DNA of 64,000 nucleotides from Escherichia coli (GTDB lineage Bacteria; Pseudomonadota; Gammaproteobacteria; Enterobacterales; Enterobacteriaceae): NCBI RefSeq assembly GCF_001677475.2, contig NZ_CP015229.1; one strand, 5' to 3'. Shown piece by piece: positions 23,816 to 34,216 of this stretch (position 1 is its first letter; each line of letters starts with the position of its first letter). The notes under the pieces were generated by a model. It saw only the letters and a program-made list of their open reading frames with translations, ran no database searches and was not told where the DNA came from. The position numbers and the translations under genes were made by a program.

Positions 23816-24386
23816 ACTGTCGGTCTTCCATTTTATGAACCTCCCGGTCCAGCCCGGTCATCAACAGCATCCTGAAATCCCTGACGCCCACATTCTCTGC
23901 CAGCCGGGCATAATGCCAGTACAGCCCCCGTTCACTCTGTTTCAGATTCAGGGGACGGTCTCTTCCTCTCTCAGAAAGACGCTTCAGTGCCTGTCGTTGT
24001 CCGGACGTCAGGCGGAATTTACCGGTACGGGCTGTCTTTCTGTTCAGTGCCATGCGGACAGTTCTTTCCAGGCACGACAGCGACATGCATCCGCTGTACA
24101 CCGGGCAGATATTTCGCAACACCTTCAGCATTTCCAGCCTTTCCGGTACCAGAACCAGCATTTCACCGGGCATTTCTGCCCTCAGTTCACGTATCCAGGA
24201 CAGATGACGCCCCCAGCCCGTAACAGGCTCTGCACTCAGCGCCACAATAATCAGGTCCCAGCCATGCCGGGCACAGGGATACCCCGGAGGTACACGGTAA
24301 ACGTTGTGGCCCTGTGCGGATAACAGGTGCCACAGCCCTGTCAGCTCATACCAGCAGGTTCCGGTCAGAAGGATTTTTTGCCTCAT
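23805..24386 (-). CDS. LuxR-family transcriptional regulator (MrkI-like), translationally coupled to the EAL gene
   Basis: About 193 aa from ATG at 24386 (MRQKILLTGTCWYEL...), preceded by GAAGG SD. C-terminal LuxR-type HTH (LTSGQRQALKRLSERG...). Stop overlaps the EAL start. The ORF-track start at 24488 is an upstream GTG extension. Confidence 0.6.
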   Translation of the reverse strand: MRQKILLTGTCWYELTGLWHLLSAQGHNVYRVPPGYPCARHGWDLIIVALSAEPVTGWGRHLSWIRELRAEMPGEMLVLVPERLEMLKVLRNICPVYSGCMSLSCLERTVRMALNRKTARTGKFRLTSGQRQALKRLSERGRDRPLNLKQSERGLYWHYARLAENVGVRDFRMLLMTGLDREVHKMEDRQYGQ

Positions 24387-24519
24387 ACTTACGACCTTCA
24401 CCACATCAGTACCGCACAGAACATCACCAGTGTCAGTACCAGACATGCCATACAGGTTGCTGCCACACAGACACCAACCACCCACCACATCGGTATTAAC
24501 ACTTTTCGTTGCCGGGCCA

Positions 24520-25323
24520 TCAGAAATACCCCACCACCGGCGTCAGATTACCCTGCCAGCGTTTTACCGGCTCCTCAGCACCGGGGAAATTCACCCGCAC
24601 ATCACTCAGGGATGTCACCCAGGCACCGGCAATATGCTGGCTGCCATTCTCCTGTGACAACAGCGACTCAGCGCCTGAAATAAACACATCAGGACGCGCG
24701 GTTAACCCGGCATAGTCCGGGGTCCATTCATAGCCGTTCACCTGCCATAACTGGTGTTTTACCTGTTTTTCGGCCCCCGGCGTCACCTCTCCGCTGACCA
24801 CACTCCATCCATGCCCGGCAGTAATGTTGTCCTGCCATACCAGCAAATGGCGAACGGTGAACGTAATTTCCCCGTAACGCACCTGCCCCCGGGCAAGCTC
24901 TCCCCGGGCCTCAATACGGGGGGATGACGGTGTCACCTGAAGCAATGTCACTGACGGCTGCAGTCCCGGACGGGCGGTTGTCAGCGATGTGGTATGTCCG
25001 CCCAGAATATAAAAAACCTGCCCAGCCCGGCCTTCACTGACCATGCCACCTTTACCCGTTGTCAGACCAGCCTGCACGGCGTCTGGTGTACTCATCCGTA
25101 CAGAGTGGGGCTGCCACTGCCAGGAAACCTCAGGGACATACAGCGTGCCGCTGAATTCCGTCACCCCCACGGCCATCCCCTCCTGCCAGTGTCCCGGTGG
25201 AATAATCAGGGGCTGCGCCAGCACACTGGCTGAAGTCAGAAAAAACAGAGCCGGAAACATACCGGACTTCAGACGATGAATAATATTCAGCACCGGACCC
25301 TCCTCCTGCTTACTGGTACTCAA
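24520..25323 (-). CDS. Fimbrial minor subunit, FaeJ-like (K88/F4 family)
   Basis: 267-aa FaeG-family paralogue, last gene of the fae-like cluster; start overlaps the end of the upstream gene. Confidence 0.55.
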   Translation of the reverse strand: MSTSKQEEGPVLNIIHRLKSGMFPALFFLTSASVLAQPLIIPPGHWQEGMAVGVTEFSGTLYVPEVSWQWQPHSVRMSTPDAVQAGLTTGKGGMVSEGRAGQVFYILGGHTTSLTTARPGLQPSVTLLQVTPSSPRIEARGELARGQVRYGEITFTVRHLLVWQDNITAGHGWSVVSGEVTPGAEKQVKHQLWQVNGYEWTPDYAGLTARPDVFISGAESLLSQENGSQHIAGAWVTSLSDVRVNFPGAEEPVKRWQGNLTPVVGYF

Positions 25324-26098
25324 TACTTACCGGCAGTGACACCCGCCAGCGTTCCGGCATCGCGCCGTTCAGACGTAATTCAGCACTTCCTGCCACAGTC
25401 TGTGCACCATACGCACCTTCAATCTGGCGCAGGGAGGCATCACTGAAATGACTCACTCCCGAATAACCACTGACTGTCATTGTCTGCAGCCAGCCGGGGC
25501 CTTCGCCACTGAACATTTTCTGCAGAACACCCGGAATATCAGAAGCTTTCATGGCCGAGCTTTCACCAGGCAGGCCATTTGCATTCAGGTCGTCATACAC
25601 GCCGTCATACACCGGCTGCCCGTCCTTCACATGGCGCAACACCCCTGCAGTCTGCATTCTGAAAACAAATGTGCCTGCCCGGGCGTTATTATCTCCGGTG
25701 ACAGGCAGCGTCACCTCCGCCACGCCTGGTGCTGTCCATTCAAGCGAAAATCCCTCAGTACCCTTTCCGTAACTGACCCGGGGAGAAAGCCCCTCACGTC
25801 CTGCCGGTGTGGTCAGGGTGGTTTTTCCCAGTAAAACAGTCATCGCCGGTAGTGGAACCGGCACTCCCCCACCGTCACGAACACCGCGGCTCTGTTTAAC
25901 CTCCAGACCTTCATTTCCCTGCCCGACTTTCCACACCCACGGGTTACGGATGCTGGTCACCGGGCCTTCCAGCTTAAGCTCTCCGCTGAAATCTTCTCCC
26001 GGCGTGTTCCAGGCAAGTACACAGGAAGGCAGGAGGCTGGCAGCAAACAGAAACAACGTCACCTTTTTCATTTCTCTTCTCTCCTTATATCCCTGCAA
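25310..26098 (-). CDS. Fimbrial minor subunit, FaeI-like
   Basis: 262 aa with signal peptide MKKVTLFLFAASLLPSCVLA; FaeG-family size and position. Confidence 0.6.
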   Translation of the reverse strand: MQGYKERREMKKVTLFLFAASLLPSCVLAWNTPGEDFSGELKLEGPVTSIRNPWVWKVGQGNEGLEVKQSRGVRDGGGVPVPLPAMTVLLGKTTLTTPAGREGLSPRVSYGKGTEGFSLEWTAPGVAEVTLPVTGDNNARAGTFVFRMQTAGVLRHVKDGQPVYDGVYDDLNANGLPGESSAMKASDIPGVLQKMFSGEGPGWLQTMTVSGYSGVSHFSDASLRQIEGAYGAQTVAGSAELRLNGAMPERWRVSLPVSIEYQ

Positions 26099-26101
26099 CC
26101 A

Positions 26102-26905
26102 TCACTGTACCGTGACTGTCACATTCAGCCCCGCCTGCCATGCCGCAGGTGTACCCTCTGCCGGCAGACGCAGCTCAAAATCCGACACCGCAGAGGCATA
26201 TGCCGCAGCCAGATTCATCACCCGACCATCAGCCAGTATCCCCTGACTGATAACCTGTCCGTTATCCACCGCATTCATGCCATTTCCAAAATTCTGATTC
26301 ATCAGTAATAAGGCAGACAGACGGTTCTTCAGCCCCTGTGGCAGACTTCCCGGCTGTACATCCGTCACACTTTGTCCACTTACCAGCGACATACCGGCCG
26401 GTACGGATACCCCGTCTTCCTGTCGACCGGCACTGACTGCCATCCCCTGATTCAGGGTAAAAGAAAGCTGTCCCGACACATTTCCCGTTTCCGGGTCACG
26501 CACCGGGACAGAGGCGCGGAAACGTTGCGCCGTAGTGCCACTGCCTTCCTTTACGGTAAAAGGCTGTCCGTTACTGCTGAAGGTAATAAATGGCGTGAAC
26601 CCGGGACCACCGCGCTCTGCCACCTCATGCAGATGCCCCTCCAGAAACGGCAGAGCCCCTTTATCACGCAAATTAAAAACCAGTTGCCCGTTCTCTGTAC
26701 GTGCATCAGCAGTATCCACTGCCCAGGTCTGGTCCGGTGAACTTATCTGCCAGGTCCATTTGGGGGCTTCATCCGTGACAAAGCCGTTAAACTGAATTTC
26801 GCCGCCATCAAGAATATCTGCATGTGGTGCTGCCGAATAAAACAGGGTCACCGAAATAATGGCAGAAAGAAGGGATTTATAATGATGCGTTATTTTCATC
26901 GACAT
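26102..26905 (-). CDS. Fimbrial minor subunit, FaeH-like
   Basis: 267 aa with signal peptide; FaeG-family size and position. Confidence 0.6.
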   Translation of the reverse strand: MSMKITHHYKSLLSAIISVTLFYSAAPHADILDGGEIQFNGFVTDEAPKWTWQISSPDQTWAVDTADARTENGQLVFNLRDKGALPFLEGHLHEVAERGGPGFTPFITFSSNGQPFTVKEGSGTTAQRFRASVPVRDPETGNVSGQLSFTLNQGMAVSAGRQEDGVSVPAGMSLVSGQSVTDVQPGSLPQGLKNRLSALLLMNQNFGNGMNAVDNGQVISQGILADGRVMNLAAAYASAVSDFELRLPAEGTPAAWQAGLNVTVTVQ

Positions 26906-27103
26906 TCACTCTGTTTTATCCGGAGGATACAGCCCCCCTCAAAGTAATTTGGTCAAATATAAAACAGCACAAAACCGACATGCGTCACAAAATATCAAAA
27001 TATCTGCTCCGCATGCCGATTCTGTGTATTCTGAACTCTAAAAACAGAGTCCAGAAAATTTAATCAACAGCAAACGAGGTATTTACTGTCAACGATTACT
27101 GAA

Positions 27104-27895
27104 TTACATGTAGGTAACAGTAATCGGCAGAGAAGCTGTCCAAGTTGTAGCATTAGACAGTGCGTTGCTAAGCTTAATATTAATAGATTGACCAGACTTA
27201 ATTCCTGAAGCATATAAACCAGAATAGGAATAATTGTTGCGATCAAAAGTATTTTCATCGTAGGCTCCGTTTCCGTCCGGGCCAGGAACAAAAGTCTCAT
27301 CAACACCGGGGAAAAGCGTAGACGCCAGATCAAGTGCTTCCTGAGTATCTTGTACTATATTATTTTCTGATTTACCCACACCACCATAAAAGGCCATCCC
27401 TGCTTTAGACGCATACATTGAGGATGAAACCCCTTCTACACCATATCCTTCATCTGCACTCCAGGATTTAATACCGCTGGAGGAAATTTTTGTGGTTAAA
27501 GTGCCGATAGTTTGAGAACCAGACTTAACCGATAGCGTCAAGTCAGCTGACCCATTAACAAAAGTATCCAGATCAACAGCTCCGTCATAACTAATTTGAG
27601 GCGTAATACCAGCCTGACCAGCAAACATCTTATGCTCTGTCGGGCGAATACCTAATATACTAATTGGGCTGGTCACATTAATTGTTACATCTTTTTGCCC
27701 GGCTTCAAGGGTTGCATCCAGATCTGTTACGTTATTACCGACAGCAACTGACCACGGATTCCCAGTCTGAGATGGAGGTGTCAGCTGACCGCCCATTTCA
27801 AAAGAACCATTAAAATCACCAGGAGTCCAGGCAAATACTGAACCAGACACAACGGCAGAAGTAGCCACTGCCAGTGCAATCAGAGTCTTTTTCAT
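27104..27895 (-). CDS. Major fimbrial subunit, FaeG-like (K88/F4 family)
   Basis: 263 aa. N-terminus MKKTLIALAVATSAVVSGSVFAWTPGDFNGSFEMGG closely resembles K88 FaeG (MKKTLIALA...AWMTGDFNGS), with a C-terminal beta-strand ending ...LPITVTYM. Confidence 0.75.
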   Translation of the reverse strand: MKKTLIALAVATSAVVSGSVFAWTPGDFNGSFEMGGQLTPPSQTGNPWSVAVGNNVTDLDATLEAGQKDVTINVTSPISILGIRPTEHKMFAGQAGITPQISYDGAVDLDTFVNGSADLTLSVKSGSQTIGTLTTKISSSGIKSWSADEGYGVEGVSSSMYASKAGMAFYGGVGKSENNIVQDTQEALDLASTLFPGVDETFVPGPDGNGAYDENTFDRNNYSYSGLYASGIKSGQSINIKLSNALSNATTWTASLPITVTYM

Positions 27896-28143
27896 AAAAA
27901 GAAATTCCTTTCAGATTTACAAAAAAACAAAAAATATAATTTATGCTGTATCAGCAACCCCTTTATCGGAATTACCGCAAAACCATCCCCTGCGGATTCA
28001 TTTAAATAACCGCACTTCATTAAACACATTGTTTAACTCAGAATGGTTTTACGTTATTCCCGTTAAAAAACGGTAAATCCCTTTACCAATATGACCCGTT
28101 CCGGAGTTACGGATGTATTGCATCTGTTGTCGGAGATGAATTC

Positions 28144-28635
28144 TCAGTCTTCCACCTGCAGCGCTATCTGCAGATTTCCCCGGTAACTGACCGGAACTTC
28201 CAGTTCTGCCGGTGCATCCGTTCTTAACTCAACCTGCTTCTGTGCTTCCGGCACGGTTATCACCACATCCTCACCCTGCTGTCTGGCACTGAGTGTCACT
28301 CTCTTTCCGTCAACCATCAGGGCCGTCTTCAGGGTGATGCGGGCTTCCCCGTTATCCGGCAGAGTCTGCTTCACCGTGATATACGTCAGGCCACCTGATG
28401 CCGCCCTGGACTCTGCGCTGCGGATGGTCAGGCTGCCGGGAAGAGGCGTCGTGTCTCCACTCCGGTACAGCACCGGGTCTGTCGGTGTACGGGTCACCTT
28501 CACCACACTGTTACCCACCACCTGACCGTTCACTACTCCCAGATACTGTGTTTTCTCGCTGTATTCAGCGGACAGTGCAGACTGAATACTGAACGCACTT
28601 AAAACAAGGGCGGCTGCCATCATTGTTTTCTTCAT
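28144..28635 (-). CDS. Fimbrial minor subunit, FaeF-like
   Basis: 163 aa with signal peptide MKKTMMAAALVLSAFSIQSALSA; position between chaperone and major subunit as in fae operons. Confidence 0.6.
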   Translation of the reverse strand: MKKTMMAAALVLSAFSIQSALSAEYSEKTQYLGVVNGQVVGNSVVKVTRTPTDPVLYRSGDTTPLPGSLTIRSAESRAASGGLTYITVKQTLPDNGEARITLKTALMVDGKRVTLSARQQGEDVVITVPEAQKQVELRTDAPAELEVPVSYRGNLQIALQVED

Positions 28636-28669
28636 TTATTACCCCTCTGTTCCGTGTTCCGGAGGGCGG

Positions 28670-29461
28670 TTATTTTTTATCTGCTTTATCAGGCAAATTA
28701 ACCGACGAATCAGATACCTTCTCCCCGGAAGACGCTGACGTTTTTTTCTGGTTAATTGTCCAGGTCTGCAGTTCACCGTAATCATTCAGAGAATCCACTT
28801 TCACCACATTTCCCTTCACCTGCACTTCATCACCCGGCATGAACATCAGCAGTTTCTGTGCTGTCTCATTATCCGTGGCAATTTTCTTCCCGTTTCCGTC
28901 CAGCAGGCTGCCAATCGCAAAAATGTACGGCGTGGTGTTCACCAGCATAGTCCTGCCATCCGGGCGGCTCTGCAGGCTGAGTCCTTCCTCTGCCCCCTTG
29001 CGACCTTCAAGCAGTGCCTTCGGGCGATAGAACAGTTTCAGCTTCGTGCGCAGCGCCACCGCAATACCACTACCCTCCAGAGCCGGCGGAATATCCTGCA
29101 GGTTCAGCCAGTACACCGACTCCCTGTCCTTCGGCAGATGATCCGAGGCCATGATGATACGCAGTGTCTGCTGACCGTTCGGCTTCACCCTGAAGAAGGA
29201 CGGCGTCACCACAAAGGTCGGACGGGTGTCCTTCTCCACGATATTGTCCACCCAGGCCTGTCCACCAAAGGTACGTTCCTTGTCATTGTTGGTGACCGTG
29301 ATGGTCAGTGCATCCTTGTCTCCGCGAAAGATATAGCGGGTCTGGTCTGCTGCCAGGGAAGCCATCGCACTCTGACAGGTCATCATCAGCGCCAGGGTCA
29401 TCCCCAGCGTTTTTGTTACCCGGTTAGTGAAAAACTTCGTTACTGCACTACGCTTATTCAC
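28670..29461 (-). CDS. Periplasmic fimbrial chaperone (PapD/FaeE-like)
   Basis: PapD-like domain (...YIFRGDKDALTITVTNN...FFRVKPNGQQTLRI...). Start assigned to GTG at 29461, preceded by AGGAG with a 5-nt spacer, giving a proper signal peptide; the ORF-track ATG at 29545 lies inside the usher gene. Confidence 0.85.
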   Translation of the reverse strand: MNKRSAVTKFFTNRVTKTLGMTLALMMTCQSAMASLAADQTRYIFRGDKDALTITVTNNDKERTFGGQAWVDNIVEKDTRPTFVVTPSFFRVKPNGQQTLRIIMASDHLPKDRESVYWLNLQDIPPALEGSGIAVALRTKLKLFYRPKALLEGRKGAEEGLSLQSRPDGRTMLVNTTPYIFAIGSLLDGNGKKIATDNETAQKLLMFMPGDEVQVKGNVVKVDSLNDYGELQTWTINQKKTSASSGEKVSDSSVNLPDKADKK

Positions 29462-31931
29462 ACGTAATCTCCTGTAGTTTCTCAGTATCCTGCAGTTTCT
29501 CCGCAGGTATCCGGCACCGCCCCAGAGTGATATCCCCCGGCGCATCCACCGTGTTAATCATCAGTACGCCGTTGTTGGCCACAAAGCCCAGCGGCGTGTT
29601 CTTACTGTCACGTGCCCAGGTTCCGCCTGACACAAACTCACCGTCACGCTGCTTCACCTGCAGCAGGTAACGCTTAACTTTCAGGGCATCAAACGGCATC
29701 CACACCACCGCCCTGTCCGTCGGCACCACCTTCTGACTGGTGTTCGTCAGTTCGGTGCTCAGCGGCAGTGTGCCCGCATCAATCGTCACCGTGTTCCAGT
29801 CATAGCTGTTCAGCGGTACCACCAGGTTGCCGTCACTGTCAGTCTGTCCGTCACCGGATGTCACTTTCACTCCGGGCGTATCCTTCACGTTCACCACGGC
29901 CACGGTATCCCCGGTCGTGCGGCTGAACATAATGTCCTTCGCCGCCGGAACGGCCAGTACCGAACCACTGACCGAGACAGAACCACTGGTTCCGCCGGAC
30001 TGAGAGTGGTTCAGGGCACCACTCAGATAAGCCCGGTCACCGCTGTACGACGCGTTCAGATAACTGCTGGCACCGCCATCACTGTCACGACCACCGCCCA
30101 GACCATAACTGAAACGGTCATTCAGCGAGCCGGACACACCAGTGCTGAAGCCTGTGCCACCGTCTTTACTCGTACTCACCGACGTACTGCTGCTGTAGCG
30201 ACGGTCAAACAGCGTGAAAGGTACCGATACTGACGCCGATGCAGACCAGTTGTTTTCCCCCCGGGTGTTCCGTGAACCGGACCAGCCCAGGTTAAGACTG
30301 ACACCCTTAATCTGTGTGCTCAGGGTGCCGGTAATCCCCGTGTCCTTACCGTTGTCATCGCTGTACCAGTAACTCCCGGTCATGGATGCGGGGTAATAAC
30401 TCCGCTGCCAGCCGGACACCGACAGACTGAACAGACCACCCACCGGCTGACTGACACCGGCATTCCATTCCTCCTTCGTCCGGCGACCATGATTTGACTG
30501 CGACCACAACTCTGTCGGGTCAAAGGAGGACATGTCCTCATATTCCTCACTCTGCCGTGACCAGCTCACCCGCAGTCCGGTGTTCGTCATCTCCAGTTGT
30601 TTACTCCAGGATAACTGCACCTTATTTCCGCTGCGGCTGCCGTCACGGTATTTCGCCGTGGCATAAGCGCCGTCAGCAGACACCGCCCCCAGGTAACTCA
30701 GCCCCAGAACCGCCCCGGCGCTGACGCCCTGCCAGTCCTGGTTAAACACCCCGCCGGTGCGCAGTGTCAGCCCGTCCAGACCGTAACCGTATGACGCCGC
30801 AAACACACCGCCTTTCAGGTCACTGTCATCGTCAGGCAAACCGGCCGCCACACTGAACTCGTGCTGCCCGGGGCTTAACTGCCCGGCCATCACCGACAGC
30901 GGGAAGTTCTGCACATGTTCCCGGCCATCCTCGCCGGTCACCGTCATCTTCACATCCCCACTGGTGTACAGCGGCACATCCGTGATGGCGAACGGACCTG
31001 CCGGCACCATCTCCGAATGCAGCAACCGTCCGTTCTGCGTCAGTGTCACCCTCGACGGCCCGTCCGCAATGCCGCTGAAAACCGGGGTATACCCCAGATT
31101 GCCCGGCTTCATGCTGTTGTTCCGGCTCAGCGACACGCCGTACGTTCCCGTGCTGCCCAGCAGACTGTCCCCGGTGGATGTTTTCCCGACAGCCAGGTCC
31201 GCACTCAGTGCGCGGATGGCCCGGGTGGCCGTGAACATGTTTATCGTGGTGGAGTTATCCCCGCTGTCACCACCGCTGGCCGTGGCAGAAGAACTCACCA
31301 CCCAGCGCCCGATATTGGCTTTCAGGTCTGCTGAGCCAAAGGCCGAGGTGTTATTACGGCCGGTGTTGGCGTTCGCGTTATAGTTCACGCGAAATGCACT
31401 GGTCCCGTAATCCCAGTCCACATTCTCCGGCATCTTCACCAGCCCTTTCTGGGGAATGGACAGCGCCAGACTCTGGGTGGAAACATCAAAATCCACCTTC
31501 ACCGACGGGGCTTTTGTCAGCACATAGCACTGTCGTGTGGCGTCATACCCCTCACGAAAGTAATCCGCACTGACGTAAATCCCGGCCTTCGTCAGCCATG
31601 CCTCTGTCAGACACAGTTCATTACTGTCCTGTGGTGTCACATCCAGTATCTGTTTCCCGGCCTCCTTCCCGTTCAGGGACAGGTCAACCAGATAACGCCC
31701 CGGCGCATAGCTGCCGTTCAGGGCTGCCCAGACTTCCGGATTAACCCCGGCACCACCCTGGATAAAGGACATATCCAGTTTTTCACCTGCAACACCTGTG
31801 GCGCTGGCGAAAGCAGCTGATACGGCAAGCGCAAGTGTGGCCCGACGGAAAAATACGGACGAAACCTGTTTTGTGATTGTTTTTACTTCTGCACGCACAA
31901 TCTTTACTCTGTTACTGATACGTGACCACAA
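29454..31931 (-). CDS. Fimbrial outer-membrane usher (FaeD/PapC-like)
   Basis: 825 aa, usher-sized beta-barrel protein with the typical N-terminal region (...[34 protein letters not shown]...). Confidence 0.9.
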   Translation of the reverse strand: MWSRISNRVKIVRAEVKTITKQVSSVFFRRATLALAVSAAFASATGVAGEKLDMSFIQGGAGVNPEVWAALNGSYAPGRYLVDLSLNGKEAGKQILDVTPQDSNELCLTEAWLTKAGIYVSADYFREGYDATRQCYVLTKAPSVKVDFDVSTQSLALSIPQKGLVKMPENVDWDYGTSAFRVNYNANANTGRNNTSAFGSADLKANIGRWVVSSSATASGGDSGDNSTTINMFTATRAIRALSADLAVGKTSTGDSLLGSTGTYGVSLSRNNSMKPGNLGYTPVFSGIADGPSRVTLTQNGRLLHSEMVPAGPFAITDVPLYTSGDVKMTVTGEDGREHVQNFPLSVMAGQLSPGQHEFSVAAGLPDDDSDLKGGVFAASYGYGLDGLTLRTGGVFNQDWQGVSAGAVLGLSYLGAVSADGAYATAKYRDGSRSGNKVQLSWSKQLEMTNTGLRVSWSRQSEEYEDMSSFDPTELWSQSNHGRRTKEEWNAGVSQPVGGLFSLSVSGWQRSYYPASMTGSYWYSDDNGKDTGITGTLSTQIKGVSLNLGWSGSRNTRGENNWSASASVSVPFTLFDRRYSSSTSVSTSKDGGTGFSTGVSGSLNDRFSYGLGGGRDSDGGASSYLNASYSGDRAYLSGALNHSQSGGTSGSVSVSGSVLAVPAAKDIMFSRTTGDTVAVVNVKDTPGVKVTSGDGQTDSDGNLVVPLNSYDWNTVTIDAGTLPLSTELTNTSQKVVPTDRAVVWMPFDALKVKRYLLQVKQRDGEFVSGGTWARDSKNTPLGFVANNGVLMINTVDAPGDITLGRCRIPAEKLQDTEKLQEITCE

Positions 31932-32454
31932 AGGTCAGCGCCCCCGTGTATTCCCCCGCCTTCACGTCAGCCGGAAACACTGGCTGCGCACGAAAACGGA
32001 ACTGTCCCTTAGCAGCAAACTCCACCGGGTAATTCACCGAATGACTGTCCTGAGTCAGACGTCCGCGATAATCAGCCTGAACATCCACTGCCCGCACATC
32101 CACGCGAATACCATCACCGGCACCGCGGGTGACCACACCTCCCGCGTCCAGTTGGCCCGGGTTACCAAAATCCAAGGTGGCGACCTGCCCAGCCTTAAAG
32201 GCTGAGCAGCCCTGAACCGAGGCGCCGGACTCATACAGACGCACCGTGAAGTCACGCGGCGGTACAGACGCCCCCGTGGACTTGCGGTAAGTCCCGAATG
32301 TCAGCCGGCCACTGTTGCCGGTGCTGTCCGCATCCACCACCACATGACAGGCTGAGGCCACCACGTCAGCACTGAATACGGTTTTCTGAACAGTGGCGTG
32401 AGAAACCCCGCCCCCTGCCAGAAGCAGAAGTACTGAAAGCGATAAATTTTTCAT
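31912..32454 (-). CDS. Fimbrial minor/tip subunit, FaeC-like
   Basis: 180 aa with signal peptide [20 protein letters not shown]; first structural gene, overlapping the usher start. Confidence 0.6.
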   Translation of the reverse strand: MKNLSLSVLLLLAGGGVSHATVQKTVFSADVVASACHVVVDADSTGNSGRLTFGTYRKSTGASVPPRDFTVRLYESGASVQGCSAFKAGQVATLDFGNPGQLDAGGVVTRGAGDGIRVDVRAVDVQADYRGRLTQDSHSVNYPVEFAAKGQFRFRAQPVFPADVKAGEYTGALTFVVTYQ

Positions 32455-32461
32455 GCAACTG

Positions 32462-32761
32462 TTATCCCGTATATGGAATACTGGCTTCTGATATATAAAA
32501 AGGAACCAGCCTGTTTACCGCCTGATGGGTACGCTGAATACGCCCGAGAGCACCAGAGAAATATCCCTGAGAAACCTCATGTCGTTCACAGGCCTCCCTT
32601 CGGGTATAACCCAGAACCAGAAAATCCCTCAGCGCATTAAGAACCTTTTCACTGTGAACCGGAGATATTTCAGCTAATAACCAGAACTGGCTCTCTGACA
32701 TTTTTCCGGGCGACAAAGTACGCCCGTGCTTCTTGCTCAGGTACAGGTCACTGCTGTTCAT
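32462..32761 (-). CDS. PapB/FaeA-family fimbrial transcriptional regulator
   Basis: 99 aa; ...[55 protein letters not shown]... aligns with PapB (...MSEMHFFLLIGISSIHSDRVILAMKDYLVGGHSRKEVCEKY...NGYFS). Confidence 0.7.
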   Translation of the reverse strand: MNSSDLYLSKKHGRTLSPGKMSESQFWLLAEISPVHSEKVLNALRDFLVLGYTRREACERHEVSQGYFSGALGRIQRTHQAVNRLVPFYISEASIPYTG

Positions 32762-33332
32762 TTACATCTATTCCAGAAACATAACCAGACAAAAAGACGA
32801 CATAAATCCGGATAACAAAAACGTATTCACTCTGCTGCCGTCCTGTTTTCTGCGGCGAAGACTATCATGGTGTTTTATAGCGAAAAACACTAATTTCACG
32901 ATCTTTATAACTAAAATAAAGAACAACAACAGCACAAACAGCCAAACAAAAACCAAAGACACAGAACAAACAACCAAAAACAAACAAAAATACAGATAAA
33001 AAGATCGTCGTTTTTGTGAGCATCAATATTGAATTCTGAACGAACTTTTTATGTTAATTTGGATTTTCATCAAAAAACAGATCATGTTTTTCATATAAAA
33101 AATGAATTTAGAATCACAGGAAATATTAAAGTGGGAAATTAAAATAACAGAAGGAAATATACGCATAATCATCTGCAGGTTAATAACGTAATCAATAACC
33201 AGAAACATTGTAAAAAACATGTTATGTGGTTGATTTTTTATGTGTTTTATAAGAATCAAAAGTGGGCGTGGAGGAGGAAGTCAGAGGCAGGTTATAATAA
33301 AGTGAATATTACAGATAAGGATGTAAACAGAA
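32762..33332. promoter_or_regulatory. AT-rich divergent regulatory region between the PapB-like and PapI-like genes, with Pap-like GATC pair
   Basis: 571-bp intergenic region, strongly AT-rich. GATC at 32900-32903 (cacGATCtttat) and 33003-33006 are 103 bp apart (pap GATC sites are about 102 bp apart); a third GATC at 33080. Confidence 0.5.
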
Positions 33333-33539
33333 ATGAAGAAAACGCAGATACTGTCTTTTATTCAGGAGATAAACATGCCATGCAGAACGACTGATATTTC
33401 TTCACATTTTGACATGAGCACTTATCAGGCCCGCCATTACCTTATGTGTCTTGAAAAAGAGGGAAAAATAAGACGTACACCTCTTCGTCGTGGTGCCCGT
33501 ACTTTATGGGAGGTGGTCAGAGAAACAGAAAAGCATTAA
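33333..33539 (+). CDS. PapI/FaeB-family regulator
   Basis: 68 aa; ...STYQARHYLMCLEKEGKIRRTPLRRGARTLW matches the PapI core ([30 protein letters not shown]). Confidence 0.7.
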   Translation: MKKTQILSFIQEINMPCRTTDISSHFDMSTYQARHYLMCLEKEGKIRRTPLRRGARTLWEVVRETEKH

Positions 33540-33809
33540 TAAAAAAATATGCATTTTTTCAGCATAAAATTAACTCATTCTTCTACTGAGATATAACCAT
33601 GATTTAACAACCAAGAACTTATATTGTTACTTTACGGCGTTATCTGAAATGTTGCCTAATCAAGAGTCTTTTTATACCACTCTCAGATACAGATTACTGA
33701 TGCGATATCCTGCACAGCCTGATTTTTGTCACAAAAGTTACGAAAATGAGTCTTCCACAACCTGGGGAGAAGAAAATGGATGAAACAAATATATAAGCTG
33801 TTTTAAGTT

Positions 33810-34139
33810 ATGGGCAACGTAATGCACTCTCTTAAGACACTTCTACAGTTACCTTGCGGATGGCGATGCAGTCGACAAATTATTAGCTCTGACGGTATAA
33901 CCCTCCATCTCCGCGGGAAACGCAAAACAGCACAATGCCCTGAATGCCTTAAATGCAGCGACTCTGTTCATAGTTGTCGTCAGCGCCGGATACAGCATTT
34001 ACCCTGCTCAGGGCAGACACTATGGCTTGTATTTTCCGTCCGCCACTGGTACTGCCGTAACCCTGCTTGTTCACGAAAAATTTTTGCCGGGTCGCTTGCT
34101 CCCTTCGCCGGTTCACACCTGCATATGAGACGACAATAA
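33810..34139 (+). pseudogene. ISL3-family transposase, N-terminal zinc-finger fragment (gene split by an IS21-family insertion)
   Basis: zf-ISL3-like pattern ...CPECLKCSDSVHSCRQRRIQHLPCSGQTLWLVFSVRHWYCRNPACSRKIFAG... Confidence 0.65.
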
Positions 34140-34216
34140 CTCAGTCCGCCTGGCGCCGATTATTCTGGCCGGTTTTGTAACCTGAGTGTCATTTACATGA
34201 TCCAACAGGAAATGGC

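Noticed and set aside
23006-24323. Plus-strand ORFs of 289 and 278 aa
   Set aside because: Antisense to the EAL and LuxR genes; the minus-strand frames carry the conserved EAL-domain motifs.
32930-33000. A/C-rich low-complexity run (caaacaaaaacc...acaaacaaaaa) considered as a tandem repeat or microsatellite
   Set aside because: No exact repeating unit could be defined; treated as part of the AT-rich fimbrial regulatory region.
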